From Lingula anatina (Eukaryota > Animalia > Brachiopoda), in contig CM120640.1 of the NCBI GenBank assembly GCA_051362555.1, positions 31,391,967-31,455,966 of the forward strand: a stretch of DNA of 64,000 bases, written 5' to 3'. The notes below the pieces were generated by a model that was not told where the DNA came from, did not search any database, and saw only the letters and a program-made list of their open reading frames with translations. A program made the translations under genes and the position numbers. This document shows, in pieces, positions 12,733-26,200 of this stretch. Each line of letters opens with the position of its first letter. Position 1 is the stretch's first letter.

Positions 12733-15700
12733 ACACACACACAAATTACATAGAATTACTGTCCAAACTTAGAAATATTCTGATAATGTATGTTTCAGTG
12801 CCACGTTTTCTTTGACTTGTTTTCAGCTTAGCGAATGTGTACATGTATTTTTTACTCTTTCAACTTTTAAGCATGGGGCAGTTATTTCATTGAGGATGTA
12901 ACATGCCTCTGTTGCCAAGGAAAAAGAGATTGATTTTAGGCAAATGATGGTCATCATACTGTTTTTTTATGGGGTGTTAACATTATGCTCACTGATTTTC
13001 AGCGGCCAAGAAAGGTTGGAGCAAAGTTTACAGGAGATGGCATAGCCCCTGATGAGTACATTCACTCAGAGCTTTCTCATGACTATGATGGTAAGAGAGA
13101 TAGATGGAATGGCTTTGATGTGGATGACTATTCCAGAGTTTATGAAGAATATCAAAAAGTAGAGGAGGTAAGAGTTATCCATTACGCAGAAAGTTAAAGT
13201 GACCCACAGTGCTTATGTGGTTCTAATCATTTGTAAGAAGAGTGGCATTTTTAAGAATATTGACCCATCATCTGATACGTTGTCTCCTGTAAAAAATGAA
13301 AACTGTGGATTCAGATATTAATAATCTTTTTTTAGGCAAAGAGGCAACTGAAAGCACAAAGATTGGATCAGGCCTTGATAAGTGGAGAGACTGAGGTGAT
13401 TGAATCAGTTGTAAGTAGATTGCCACTTATCTCTGTTAATATAATCATAATGATGTTTTTCTGCTGAAATAATTAAATTATTGATATATCATTATGACAT
13501 ACATTTGACATCATTTGGCATGTTTGAATAAGGGTGTTGGGGACCGCAATAGTAAGTAAGTAATTTCCAAATTTTATTTCCTTTTTTTTTTTTCATGCTC
13601 TTTATGACCAAATATCACCATACAGTTTCAATCAGGATAATTTAAAGAAATAACACAATTTCTCAAAAATGATATTTGCACATATCTTTCCTGCCTACTG
13701 TCTGTGTTTTACGGACTAGAGGAAAAATAAGTAGGTCAAATTTATGACCAGAAGTTTGATGAAGATACAGTCTTAAAGCCCTTTTGTGCTACCCAAAATA
13801 TGTTTTGCCATTGTAGAAAGATGCGGATGATGAAGATGAAGATAAGTATGCAGATGATGTTGACATGCCTGGGCAGAAATTTGAAACAAAGCAAAGAATC
13901 ACAGTGAGAAATTTGAGGATAAGAGAAGACACAGCTAAGGTAGGTATTAGTGTATACCAAGTGCAAAATAAAACATAAGTATATACAACTATATCTTAGT
14001 AGAATGTGTAAATTTTGAGTGATTTAAAGAATTATTTAGAGTTACTGGACACCAACATTTCAAAATTTTGAACAGTGAATCAGTCATGTGCTAATATGTC
14101 CACATTAGTGCTGTCTAATATGATTTGAATATGATGCTGACAGAAACAAATACTTTTTCTTCCAGTATTTACACAACTTGGATCCTAATTCTGCATACTA
14201 TGACCCCAAGACCAGGTCTATGCGTGAAAATCCATTCAAAGGCACCTCAAAGGAAGCACAGGAGTAAGTTCATGAAGTCCTGTTTATAGTGTGTAATTTC
14301 CCTAATGTTGTGACTGTGAGACAAAGACCCTAATTGTTTTGGCATCAAGTTAATGAATAGATTAACATGCCCATGTTTGAGAATAATCCACTTTCTATGT
14401 ACAGACACAGAGTGTCTATGCATATTGCCATTACCTGTGTCTGTCTGTCTGTCTGCCTAGACTGGTAGTCTTTGACATACTTTGTTACCGTAATAACTGA
14501 AAAGCAATGTTACCATTTTGCTTTTATCTCAGTGGAATTACTCATTGTCCTGAAACACGGGTCAAGTTCGAAACTGGACATGATCCAGTTATTACTTAGA
14601 TATTTTTAATTATATAATTATTTAATAATTTGTTCTTCAAGCTAATTTGTAAGTAGTGCAGTATTTACCACATTTTAAAAAACATTCTGTGTGAGTGAGG
14701 GTCTTAAAACTGGAGTCACAGGTGTCTGGATGGACAGACAGCTCTGATTCATAATGTTTCTAACAGTTTAAATCTACATAGATATATGGCTTCATTGAAA
14801 ACATTGCTGGTTTTGATGATGACGATGACTTTGTTGAAGCATTCTCTATTAAGCAAAATTGTGAGGCTCGGCTGGCAGAGTTTGTATCTTGTGGTATTAT
14901 TTTGCCATTTTTTTATGTTTAAACTGATGAAGGTTGTCTATACATTTGTAAGCTTTTTCTGACTGTTATGTTATTATTCCTATTAACTGTCTTATTTCTA
15001 TATTGGGAAACTAATTGGCTGTTTTGTTTCAAACCCAAGGGGATTTCTCATTGCCCTAAATGCCTGTCAAGTTTGTCAGGCTGATATAGACTGTCTGTGC
15101 AATATTACATATGTTTGTTTTCGCTGGCTTGTGTAGATATGTATATATCTATTTATATCATGAGAAATGGACCTAGGGTAATGTAGAACATCTTCATTTC
15201 AGACACTTGTTCGCTGGAGACAACTTTGTCAGATATTCTGGAGATGCTACCAACATGGCCAAAAACCAAAGTGAGTGACACACGCATGCACGCACGCACA
15301 CACACACTTGTGAATTTGGAGTTTGGCATGGTTTTGTTGTGTTGTTTCAGTACTGGTAGTATTCACAACAGTTCAGTTGGTCTTATTTACTGGGGGAGGG
15401 GGGGGGGCAACACCAAAATATTAAATTGGAGAAAATTAAGAGGAGTTTTTGTATGTTCAGCACAGAATTTTATAACACAAAAATTATTTTCGGGTAACGG
15501 TAAACCCTAAAAGCTTAGGTGTGAAATTATTGAATGTTTTGTCAATATTTCAGTGTTTGCATGGGATGCCTATGAAAGAGGAGCTGATGTCCACTTGCAA
15601 GCCAACCCCACACAGCTTGAACTGTTGCACAAAGAGTTTGACAAGAAAAAAGATGAATTCAAGTCTGATGTCAACGACAGCATCCTAGACAAGTATGGTG

Positions 15701-17962
15701 GAAAGGAACATTTGGAAGCTCCACCAAAACAGATGCTGCTAGCACAGACTGTAAGCAAACCTAGTTCAGCTAATCGTCTAATGCTTGTTATATTATCTGA
15801 GTTCAAGTTTCATGAAGAGTTACAAGAGTCAGTGCTTTTGTTCAAATCTAATGTGAGTGAATGATTCTTCATTAAGTTTTTTATTAGAGTTTTCTTTGCC
15901 TTTCTTTAGAGATTCATAGCATTCTTGGTTTCTTTGAATTCCAGGAGGAATATGTGGAATATTCCAGACATGGCACAGTGATCAAGGGAAGAGAAAAAGC
16001 CATTGTAAGGTCAATCTGGGAAGAAGATGTCTATATCAACAACCACACAGTAAGTACATTTAATGGACATATTCTATTGATGAACATTTAGATTTTGATT
16101 ATTATATACAAACACTGTATGTGCCTGTATATGTATATCTTATTACCTGTGTCTGTCCATGTTGCCATTGTTGCTGCCATCATCCCACATCATTTGGTCA
16201 CACTATACCTGCTTAACTATATTTTTGTTTTTAAATTACTTTGAATTTGTAAGGTTTTGTTTGGTGGACCTCTGGGGTTTGTTTTATATAAACTCAGCTA
16301 GTTGTGTGATGACATCACCTAAGGGCTACCCAAGTGCAGGGCATGCAAATAAAGGCCTTGAAAAGATGCAGCTACATCAAAGGCAGTAGGTCTAGTGATT
16401 GCCAAAAATCTCGTACAAATCTGAAAGATCAAATAGTACCAAAGTGGAAAGTTGTACACTGATGTCTACAATAATTTCTTCTAATGTGCCAAGTACAAGT
16501 TACATTTGATGACATGAAGTCCATTGTAGCGTCTATGAACATTTTTCTCTAACTAAAGTATAGAACTTGGATGGTTTAGTAAATAGAATTTCCATAGCAG
16601 CAAATTTGCCTGGTTTCAATTTTTTTTTTTTTTGTAAATGAGTATGTTTATAAGCTTCTTTTAATTGAAACTAGTAATGTTTATAATGAAGGCCAACTAA
16701 AAAAAAAACTTACGTAATCCATCTTGTCATTGAATATGTTTCTTTTGATTTATTTAATGTATGTGTGTATCATCCTCATTGTTTAATTTTTAGCAAGTTC
16801 TTCATGTACAATTTGGTCACTGTCTGTTGATTTTACTTTAATATTGCTTGGTTGATATGAGGCTTGCTTGTTATGCATTATATGCTAACTAAACTGTACA
16901 TTGTATTTCAGAGTGTTTGGGGCTCATTTTGGAAAGAAGGGAGGTGGGGCTTTAAATGCTGCTACTCTTTTATCAAAGAATCCTACTGCACTGGTGAGGC
17001 TGGAAAGTTGGCAGCTGAGGTAAGGTTTAGATTTTTATTTTGGTTTTGAGTCTAACTTTAAAGTGATATATTTTCCACTTAAGAATAATAGCAAAACAAT
17101 ATGGCAATAACAATTGAAGGGGTGCTTTTCCAATAAGATGTTATGTGTGCAAATGAAATGACTTGAAATTTATTCAAGATTTTGTAGTAACTTTCTGAAC
17201 CGCATTTCTTCAGTCGTCTATGCCTGCTCTTACCCATGGAGATGGGGACCTGGAAGAAGAGGAAGAAAAACAACCAAAATCTTTAGTAGAGGTAAACTTT
17301 TAGCAAGGTTATTCTACCTTGGGAATTTTAAATATCCTCTTAAAATTTGAAAGTTATGTTGAAATTAAACTTGAGATATTATGCTGAGATTCAACTTGAG
17401 ATATTAACCTATAAACAAAAAAGGTATAATTTTATTTTTAGTAATTTATGTTTATTAACAATAATTATTATGTATTTAATATTTGCAGCAACATCAAGAG
17501 AGGCTTGAAGAAGAGCGAAGAAAAAAGAAAAACAAGAAAAAGAAAGATAAGAAAAAGAAAAAGAAGGCACACAAAAAGAAGCGAGACAGCAGCAGCAGCA
17601 GCAGTGACAGTGATGAAAGTGTGGATGAAGAGGAAGAAAGAGAGAGGAAGATAAAGGAGGTATGTATCTTGTCATTACATAATAGGTATATTTTACTAAT
17701 ATTGTGTTTATTTTAAAAAATAATCCCAGTTAACTTAGTTTTTAGGAATAAGAGTGCTGAATTTCCTTTATTTTCCTCTTAGGCTATCAAGAAGGAAGAA
17801 GCAAGACAAAAAGAAGTGGAGAGGTTGATGGCCATCCCAGAAAGGAAACGTCCATATAACAGTGCATTTATGAATGACACTTCAGAGCCCACAGAGGAAG
17901 AAATGGAGGCTTACAGGAGAAAGAGGAAAAATTTTGAGGATCCCATGTCGGCCTTTACATGA
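11368..17962 (+). CDS. SLU7: Pre-mRNA splicing factor SLU7 (about 589 aa, 14 coding exons)
   Basis: Exons 11368-11537, 11897-12047, 12484-12564, 13003-13167, 13336-13410, 13817-13939, 14166-14263, 15203-15270, 15554-15750, 15945-16049, 16912-17019, 17214-17291, 17489-17659, 17783-17962 (1770 nt). Motifs [10 protein letters not shown], zinc knuckle [45 protein letters not shown]. Confidence 0.97.
12053..12231 (-). mobile_element. 5'-truncated RTE-clade LINE fragment with 13-bp target-site duplication
   Basis: Minus strand reads [15 protein letters not shown]...[15 protein letters not shown]...RR*, typical of the RTE ORF C-terminus. Flanked by TGAAAGAGGTATA at 12040-12052 and 12232-12244. Confidence 0.8.
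12700..12743. repeat. Poly-C followed by (CA)n microsatellite
   Basis: Visible C run then a CA dinucleotide run in a SLU7 intron. Confidence 0.9.
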
Positions 17963-18335
17963 TTATATAACATGGTTTGGGTCAAAAAGAACTTGTGATA
18001 ATTGAACTGGGTGGACATGCAAAACCCCATTTTCTCATATTCAGTGCTGAAAAATAACAAAATATGAAGGACATTGTTCAGGCGGAGTTATTTACTGTGT
18101 GCTGGGCTGTGGAAAGATTTGGCATATGGCAGGTCAAAAAAAAGAAAAGAAAAAGAACTTAACTGTGGTCTAATAAATTCAAAATTACAAAATTTCTTAA
18201 GCATTACAGCACTGGTGCGTCGGTTATATATCAACCATTAATTTGCACTCTTTCATTGTATGGGGCATCAGGAAAGTAACAGGGCTGGTATCACAAAAAG
18301 TTAATTCCAATTTAAAGTTTTCGGTTTACCCCTTC

Positions 18336-18503
18336 CAGGCCCGTAGCCAGCAATTTCAAAGGGGGGGTTCTTTTTCCGTAAAAGTGGACCTTTTACCATA
18401 TAATCCCCATGCACCTAGGTCAAATTTTACCCAGAGTGGACGTTTTTCCAGCAAAAAGGGGGGTTCTTTCGAACCCCCCGAACCCCCCCTGGCTACGGGC
18501 CTG
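18336..18503. mobile_element. 168-bp MITE with 15-bp perfect TIRs and 5-bp TSD (hAT-like CAG ends)
   Basis: CAGGCCCGTAGCCAG ... CTGGCTACGGGCCTG, with CCTTC on both flanks (18331-18335, 18504-18508). Confidence 0.85.
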
Positions 18504-20217
18504 CCTTCATTATGTAATCATGATAGCCCTATGATGAGATTTATCCCTTTGATGAGTGGCACTAGCAGTACATACTCAGGAGGCAGCATCAGTTTGACCT
18601 GTAGGGCATTTGCAGAAATTCTGACATAAAGATGGAAGAAAAGCAATGATGCAAAATGTGAACTGCTATTTTACTTTGGGAATAACTCCCATCTTTTAGT
18701 GAACCAACTGCATCTATTCAACATAACAAAGATAGGCAATATATATATTTAAATTATAGTTTCTTTGTAATATAATAATGCACTGATTTTAGCTGAATAA
18801 TAACATATTACTGGAAGACATTTGTTACTGTCAACATCAAACACCGTAGTTGATAGATTTTGTTCTTAACAACGTAATGACATATTCTTTAACACAGTAG
18901 ATGCAAGAGAGAAAATTTCCACATGTTCTAGTTTTGGGTCTGCATAATTAAGGTATTAATCTACATGAAATGATATCAAAGCAATCTGATGTACATATTA
19001 TCTCTGATTATACCAATCTGTGTTTCCACATCCCAATTTGCTGGAACTTTACCTAAAATTTAAATAATGACTACCCATAAAAATTCCGAATACTGCTGAC
19101 ATTTTACCCTAAACTGGAGTTCTATAACAACCCATTGATTGTCTGTTGTCAGTAAAAGCTCTGACCTGTATGTAGTTCTTTACAAAGAATGGCAATGTTA
19201 AATATTTCATTTAAGTACAAATACTCCAAATAAAAATCACTTATATGAATAATTTCTGAATAAATAACATTTTAAACTGAAGTTCGAAGACACTTATCAA
19301 GTGTATGGCTGCATTTACACATTGCCTCTGGTTATTGTTATATATTCAATAGCATTAACAATAAATAATTTAAATAATATTGTGAATTTCAACATTGTTA
19401 TGAAATGGCTTCACATCCTGTCAGGGGATGGACCTTCAATACCTCAAGACTTCTCTAGATATTTACCATTGAGTGATTTCATCATGTTTACTTGTCTATG
19501 TAATATATGTATAGTTTGTGTGTTGAGAACCTGAAAAATGCAACTGGCAAACAATTTAGTGCTCAATAAAATTATAATGTTGTTCCTATAACGGTGATCA
19601 TGTAATAAAAGTTTATATCACCCAGCCATGATAGAAATCTGTAACAAGCAGTCAAAAACAACTTTAATTTTGTCATGTTCCGGCTTATCACAGATTTTTT
19701 CTAACCATTGTAATTTATGTTGCTATCTGATGATAACTATCATTTAGCAGTCTAACAGCTCTTTGACCTATGTCGCAAACTTGACTTTACACAGTTGCCC
19801 ATCACGTCCAATTTTAGCAGTCTAGACTTGGCCCAAAATCTGTAGATTTATTGTAAAACTGGACCAAGAATCTTTTCTTGAGAATTAGATGACATTAATA
19901 AACAACAAGCTTTTTCTTAGTAGTTATCTGATCTGCATATTTCTGTATACATTGTATAGGGGAACCTAGCCCAAATATGTGCAATTTAAAATGCTAGCAA
20001 TATGTTCAGCATGCATAAACCCACTTGGGTCAAAGGTCTGATTTTGGCAAGACTAGACATCAAATTGCACTGGATAGAGAATACAAAGCCATTCATGTGT
20101 TTAAACATAATATGTCATCTCCAAACATAAAGCACATTTCAGGAAAATATTTTTAAAGCATTACATAAGAAGCAGAAGTGAAAGATAATTTCCAAATAAT
20201 CATCAACTGAGAACGAG

Positions 20218-23200
20218 TCACAAGCAAGTTTCATAATCCAATACATCATCAGTACATATATTCTTCGTTTCAGTTTCTTGTGATATTTTTTCTGCGGCCA
20301 TGTCCAATTTTGTACCTAATTCTGCTTTTTCCCCCAAATGTTTATCAGCATGAATGTCTTTAACTGATGATTGGGAATATTTATCTATGTTTTCATTATC
20401 TGCTGCCAATTCTGCTGTTGTTGATGTGGGTTCTTCTGCAGTGACAGGTGGGACAGGGACAGGGGACAAGTTGGTCTCTCTTAACTGTCTCTCCAACTCC
20501 TGAGTTTTACTGGCCAACATCTGTGCTGCAAGCTTTTGATGAGCCAAGGCATTACTTTTGTCATTAAGCTGAAACAAAAATTATCATCAACATTCCATTT
20601 CCTTCATACATTTTAACATGTTACAGTCAAATACAGGGCTACTAAATTGCCAATAACATATTTTATCTTTCAATGAACACTTGACTGGTTTAAAATGCCC
20701 TAATTTGGGATAACACAGAGACAATTCACCTTTCTACAGATAATGTCACAAATAATGTGCCAACTATGTTATGCATGTTGCAATTTGGTATATGAGTGTG
20801 TACCTGCCTCATAAAGTGGAGAGCTAACACCACTGATAATACTGAAGGCTTACCATATCCAATAGTGATTGAATGAGCTCCTGTTCACTAGAGCAGTTGA
20901 TGTTCACTCCTTTTCCTGAGATTGTTATTGTAGTAGGGGGAGCCTGCTCTTGTGGTAGCATACTGGATGGGGGTGGCAGGTTTTCTGAAATTCAAAGAAC
21001 ATGACTCTGCTGTAAGCAACTAAACTGTTAGTGTATAAGTATAGATAAAGTGTCTGGCCATATAGCCGACACCAGCGTCTGTCATTGCCATACACTTTCC
21101 TGGATTTCCTGAAGTGCTTGTACATAAATTAAAAAAGCTTAATACACTAAATGAAAAGATTCCACACTGTGACCTCACGTAAATGTTCTGAAGTAAAAAA
21201 ATGTCTTCTTTAATACATGTTTTGGGTGATTTTCCACAATAATCATACCTTAAATTGCTCAATTGTAGCTTCTTATATGTTCCAGGCCCTTATGACAATT
21301 TTTGACAATCCATTTTAAGCACATTAAGGATTACACTTTATATTATCGTGTGCCATTTATTACTAAACAAATGTTTGTACATGTACAAAGCTGTAGAAAA
21401 TTAGAAAAGATGTTATGGCAGAGATTCCAAGACATTGCTGCTCTTGTGAGTGTTTGTGTATATGTGAATGTTATATTTATTTAATGTTATTTTTTATGAC
21501 TTGTACAATACTAATTATGCCTAATTTAACTGATTTATATTTTAACAATGATATTTTCATATATAAATAAAACCTAGAAACATAGCATGCACCAATGCCA
21601 AACCTTCAGTTAGCTGGCCAGCTATCCACCTGATCACATTTTTCACTTTAATTTTCTGCTGCTGTGGTGGCATAGTAGCCAGTTCCGTGATTTGATTAGT
21701 CAACAGTTTGTTTCGGTTCAGCTGTTCTTCAAATGCCACACGGTAAGCTTCTACTGTATTGTATGCCTCATCTCGCCTCTGTTTGTGTGTATCAACCTGT
21801 TGGTGAACAAAATAGCAGTTTCTTTTAGATTGGAAATGAACACCTATTAGCATGGATATGGATAGGCTTTTCATTATATATGCCAATAAAGATTATCAAT
21901 ATGTAACTAAAATGCTGCAGAGCTAACTGGCTTTATCACTGAATGATTTATTCAATGAAGGTCATAGGTTTGATCAGCTGGATTAGAATAAGAGAAAGGA
22001 AATTTTTACACGCAGGTTACTTAACAAATATACATCTTTCATCTGTGAAAATATTGACCTACCTCCTCTTTTAATCTTACTAGTTCTTTATTAAGATTGG
22101 CGGCAGCATGGGCACAACCACAAGGCTCTGGATTGCTGACTCGGCAATGACATGCTCCCAATATTGATAGCTAGTAAGAACAACTACAGATTATTATTCA
22201 CATACATGGCCTAACTGACAAACACTTTTAAGTTAAAACTGTTTTTTTCCTCATAGTGTATGTTGTTTGAGAGCCAGAGATGGCAGGGCAATTTATGTTT
22301 GTTATTCCTTACCTCATCAGTTGAGTAGTCATTATATTTCTCTTCTGCTTGAGCATGGATACTTTCATATTTGTTGCGTTCTTTCACATCCATTAGTGCC
22401 AGAAGTTCATCTCTTTGACGACTCAGACCTGAAAATTACAAAATGCGAGTTTCTTGCTTTCTTTAAGACTTGGTTTTATTTGTGCTTGTGAACACTTGTC
22501 TTTTTATGTTATGGTTTATACAACTTCACAAGTGCCTGAATTGCCATTTTAAGAGTGAGGTCTGTACATGCATTCATAATGGAAGTAAGAGTTTCTTGAA
22601 TTTCAGTATGTTTAATATTATCTGCAGGAGTTTACCCATTTTTTCAGCTTGTAATTTCCGTATTTCTTCTGCTTTTCTATCTAAGCAGGCTAGGAGACAT
22701 GAATTTTCTTGGCACACCCTGAAAAACATTTTTTTCAAACAATCAACTGAAACAGTTTTGATATGTATGCTGTTATAAAGATTGAAACAATATTTTTGGC
22801 ACCTGTTTTACTTAAAGGAAAGAGTCAAAAGCTCAGGTTATGTAAAAAGAGAACATCCTACTTTCAAGTAAAATAACTGTCAAAAAATTAAATAAAAAGT
22901 AAAAATAAATAAACAACTTTAACCAAAAGAAAAGATGTGACTACTACTGATTCATCTTAGTAAAAAGATTAAACTCTCTGCAAAAATTTAACTCAATTTG
23001 GCTTTTGTAAAACAACAAACCTGCTGACATTGTGAGAAACCAAAAGCTCAATTCCAAGGCTTCTCGGAAGATATAGTTTAAGCTTTTCAAAATGAATACA
23101 TTTCACACAGAAAATTATCCTCACATTGAAAAGAAAATGTAGGTTGTTTTAAAAGGGTGAAATAAATTATAATGTATCAAAAAGTGCAAATAAAGTCTCT

Positions 23201-26200
23201 TGTTACCAGTGTTACACAGAAATGAATATCAGAATATTAAAACAGACTTGGTTGGATTTGAGAAGTCATTAAGAAGATACTTTTAGAGCACACAGCTTAA
23301 AGGGTGCAGCAATACATACACAAACACATCTCAAGTACCACACAAAAGTAGTTTCATCTTAGAACGTAACAGATCTTCAGTAATACAAAATAGGCGTTTT
23401 TACTGTATGACTTGATACACAATTGTAAAAAACTTTTTGAAGACAAAAACCTGAAAATCAGAAAATTCTAAAGCACAAGTACTGTTGCATGGTACTAATA
23501 TTACCTATCACACTTTGCCTGTAGATCTTCCTCTCTCTTTTTCCTAACAAGTGGTTGTGTTTTAGGCTGAGAAAGAGTGCCCACCTTCTCCACCTTAGCC
23601 CTATCACCAACAGCATGTGGAGGCTAGCAATATATGGGGAAAAACTGCCAGTTCTAAACATAGCCACAATAAAAGCCACCAAAGCAGAAAAACAAATGCC
23701 AACAAAACACTGTAATTCATTAAATTAAGTGTCTTTTCTGCTATGAGTGAATATTCTTTTCACAGTTTTACTTAATGAAAGTTATTTTTCACATTTCATT
23801 TGAGGTACAATTACTATAGCACAATATATACTCAAAACTTGTTTTTTATATCAGGGCAAATATCATCTCTAAGGCCAGACAAATTAGATATGTAGGTTAA
23901 TAAATGGTAATTCTTTGCAAAGAAGGTCCATGAATGGAATTCATTTTTGCTTTCAATATGTTAACATATGGTGTTGAGGGGGAGGAAATGTAAAATCCAC
24001 TAAAATTAAAAGCATTATTATTATTGAGGTGTTTCTGCATGGGTTCAAGGGTTTTCACACTCACTAAACCAATGTCCAATACGCCTTTTCCATTTGGAAA
24101 AAAAAAATGATTTCCTGAGAAATTAGGATCAGTCATGCTTGTTAACCAACCTATCAATTTTGTATGGCCTTAAGTATTTAAAAGATACACAATTTCCCAG
24201 ATATAAAATTTCAGGATGCAGGAACATATCAAGCATGCACATGAGGGCGTATCGTTGCCACAACGAATTAATCCCTCTCCTCATTTCACTTCTGTGTGTT
24301 TTGCTAATAATGTTACCCCTCTGCCTTTGTATATGAATCCAAACTTCAATATTGCCCACTAAAAATAGTACACACTTTCAAGGCCTAAAATGCAGTGCAA
24401 TAAAAATGCTGTAACTAAACCCCAAAAAAATATGCTGGCACAAAAGTCTAAGTTTGTTATCCAATGGAAGCGCGCTAGCATTTCCCAGTTCCAAAACCAA
24501 AGGCAGGTTTACATAAAGCAAGAGTACAGTCTTACCCAAATTCAATATCATATACCATTAAGTTAATCTTTTACAAGTTAGTGCTAATAAATCAGGTGTT
24601 AAGTACCATATTTCTGTGATGTTAGATCAAGCCAAGGGAGTATGTACACATGCCACTTCTCAAATCAAGACAATCATGCAAGGCAAGGCACAGTAACTCA
24701 GTAAACAAAGCAATGCACATAATTAATTCAAGTGGGTTTGTACCTATTTAGCTTGTAAGCCCACTCTTGCTCACTAGCCACATAGTTGGATTGTTGGCAT
24801 GCCAGCTCATACTCAACCCTGCTGATTTCCTGGAAAAAGCATTAAGTGATTGCAATCATGACTTTCTGAAACATCTCACAGCATATGCTGGTAGTCACTG
24901 CTTCTGTGAAATCCTGGAAATGCTGTGCAATTAATGCATGCAGTTTTTATTTGGAAGGGTGTGTAGCTTTTTGGTGACAATAAGCCATCAAATGTGTGCA
25001 CCTTTAGGTCATTTGGAGAGATTAATCATTAGGCGTTTTTTGTAATTCTTTATCAATTCTGAGTAAATAAATTGATTTCCTCTCCTAAAAATTTTCCTCT
25101 ATAATAAACAGAATTCTGGATATAATCTCGTTGTACAAATACTCTTTGGTCAGACTTTCATATCAACAAAGATCAATTAAAGTGATTTTAAATATTAATT
25201 TAACATATCTCTAAAAAAAATAATGCAATGTCACTCAACTAAAATGCAATATATAAAAAAATGAATATTTTAAAGCCTACAGATATGTTGAAAGGCTAGA
25301 GCACAGTTCATATTATGTTAAATGTGTGTAGATCATGCAGAATTAATTTGCAAACATTCTGTTGCAGCAGCAGGGACAGGTTTATTAAATAAATATACAT
25401 GCATCCTAAGGTCACTCATGTATGATTCACTATTCTCTCTTATCAATCTCTATAGTCTGGATAAGTACTGCAGTCAAAATAGATTACTCAGTATTATTTA
25501 AACTTACTTTAAATTTGTTTTTTACACCCCTGGAAGTAATAAAATTTGGTGTATTGACTTAAATCTATATCTATAGCTGTCTTATTGTTTTAAATGGTGA
25601 ATTACCTTTTCTAAATCATGATACAATTCTTTTGATTTCTTTTCTAAGGCCTTAGAATCACCCTGATCTTGTTCTACCTGAAAGATAACCAATATCAAGT
25701 ACTTGACCTTTATACAAGTATTTCCCCAGCCTCAATCAAGTCATAATGCATAGTTACCTTGAAAATCATAAGCCAGTAAGTATTTTGAGAGAAGTACAAA
25801 CAATACACACTTTACATTATACAGTCCTTTACCCTATCTTCTTTGTAGTATCTAATCAATCCAAGTTCAAGAGAATAAACGTCCTTAAGCAGTGGTGTGT
25901 GTGGTGAAAATTAACTAGATTCATAAAGATAAGACAATAGCAAAAAGATGTATACCGCTACAGTTTTGTGCAGAAAATCTAAAGCAAATTTACCTTACTA
26001 TCATGTATTATCTTACCTGCTTCTGAAGAATTTTTATTGCTTCTTGTTTAGCATTAAGTTTCCTTTGGCAAGTTTCAAGCTCCTGTTTCAGTTGATCAAC
26101 ATCCTATTACACACATTGAAAAAAGAAACATGGCATGACTAATTCAATTTCGCTTGATTAATCTAAATGACTGACAATAATATAAAACTTAATTTATTAT

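Noticed and set aside
14385-14600. (CTGT)n plus GGTCAAGTTCG segment resembling invertebrate interspersed repeats or a tRNA B-box
   Set aside because: No cloverleaf or definable element boundaries.
16306-16424. Possible intronic C/D box snoRNA (GTGATGA ... CTGA) in SLU7
   Set aside because: No terminal stem and no recognisable rRNA-complementary guide.
17368-17406. Resemblance to miR-1993 (TATTATGCTGA...)
   Set aside because: Lies in a short tandem duplication (AACTTGAGATATTA) with no hairpin partner; likely chance.
17409-17675. Cys/His-rich antisense ORF and alternative-frame Lys/Arg-rich ORF
   Set aside because: Shadows of the low-complexity Lys/Ser/Glu SLU7 exon.
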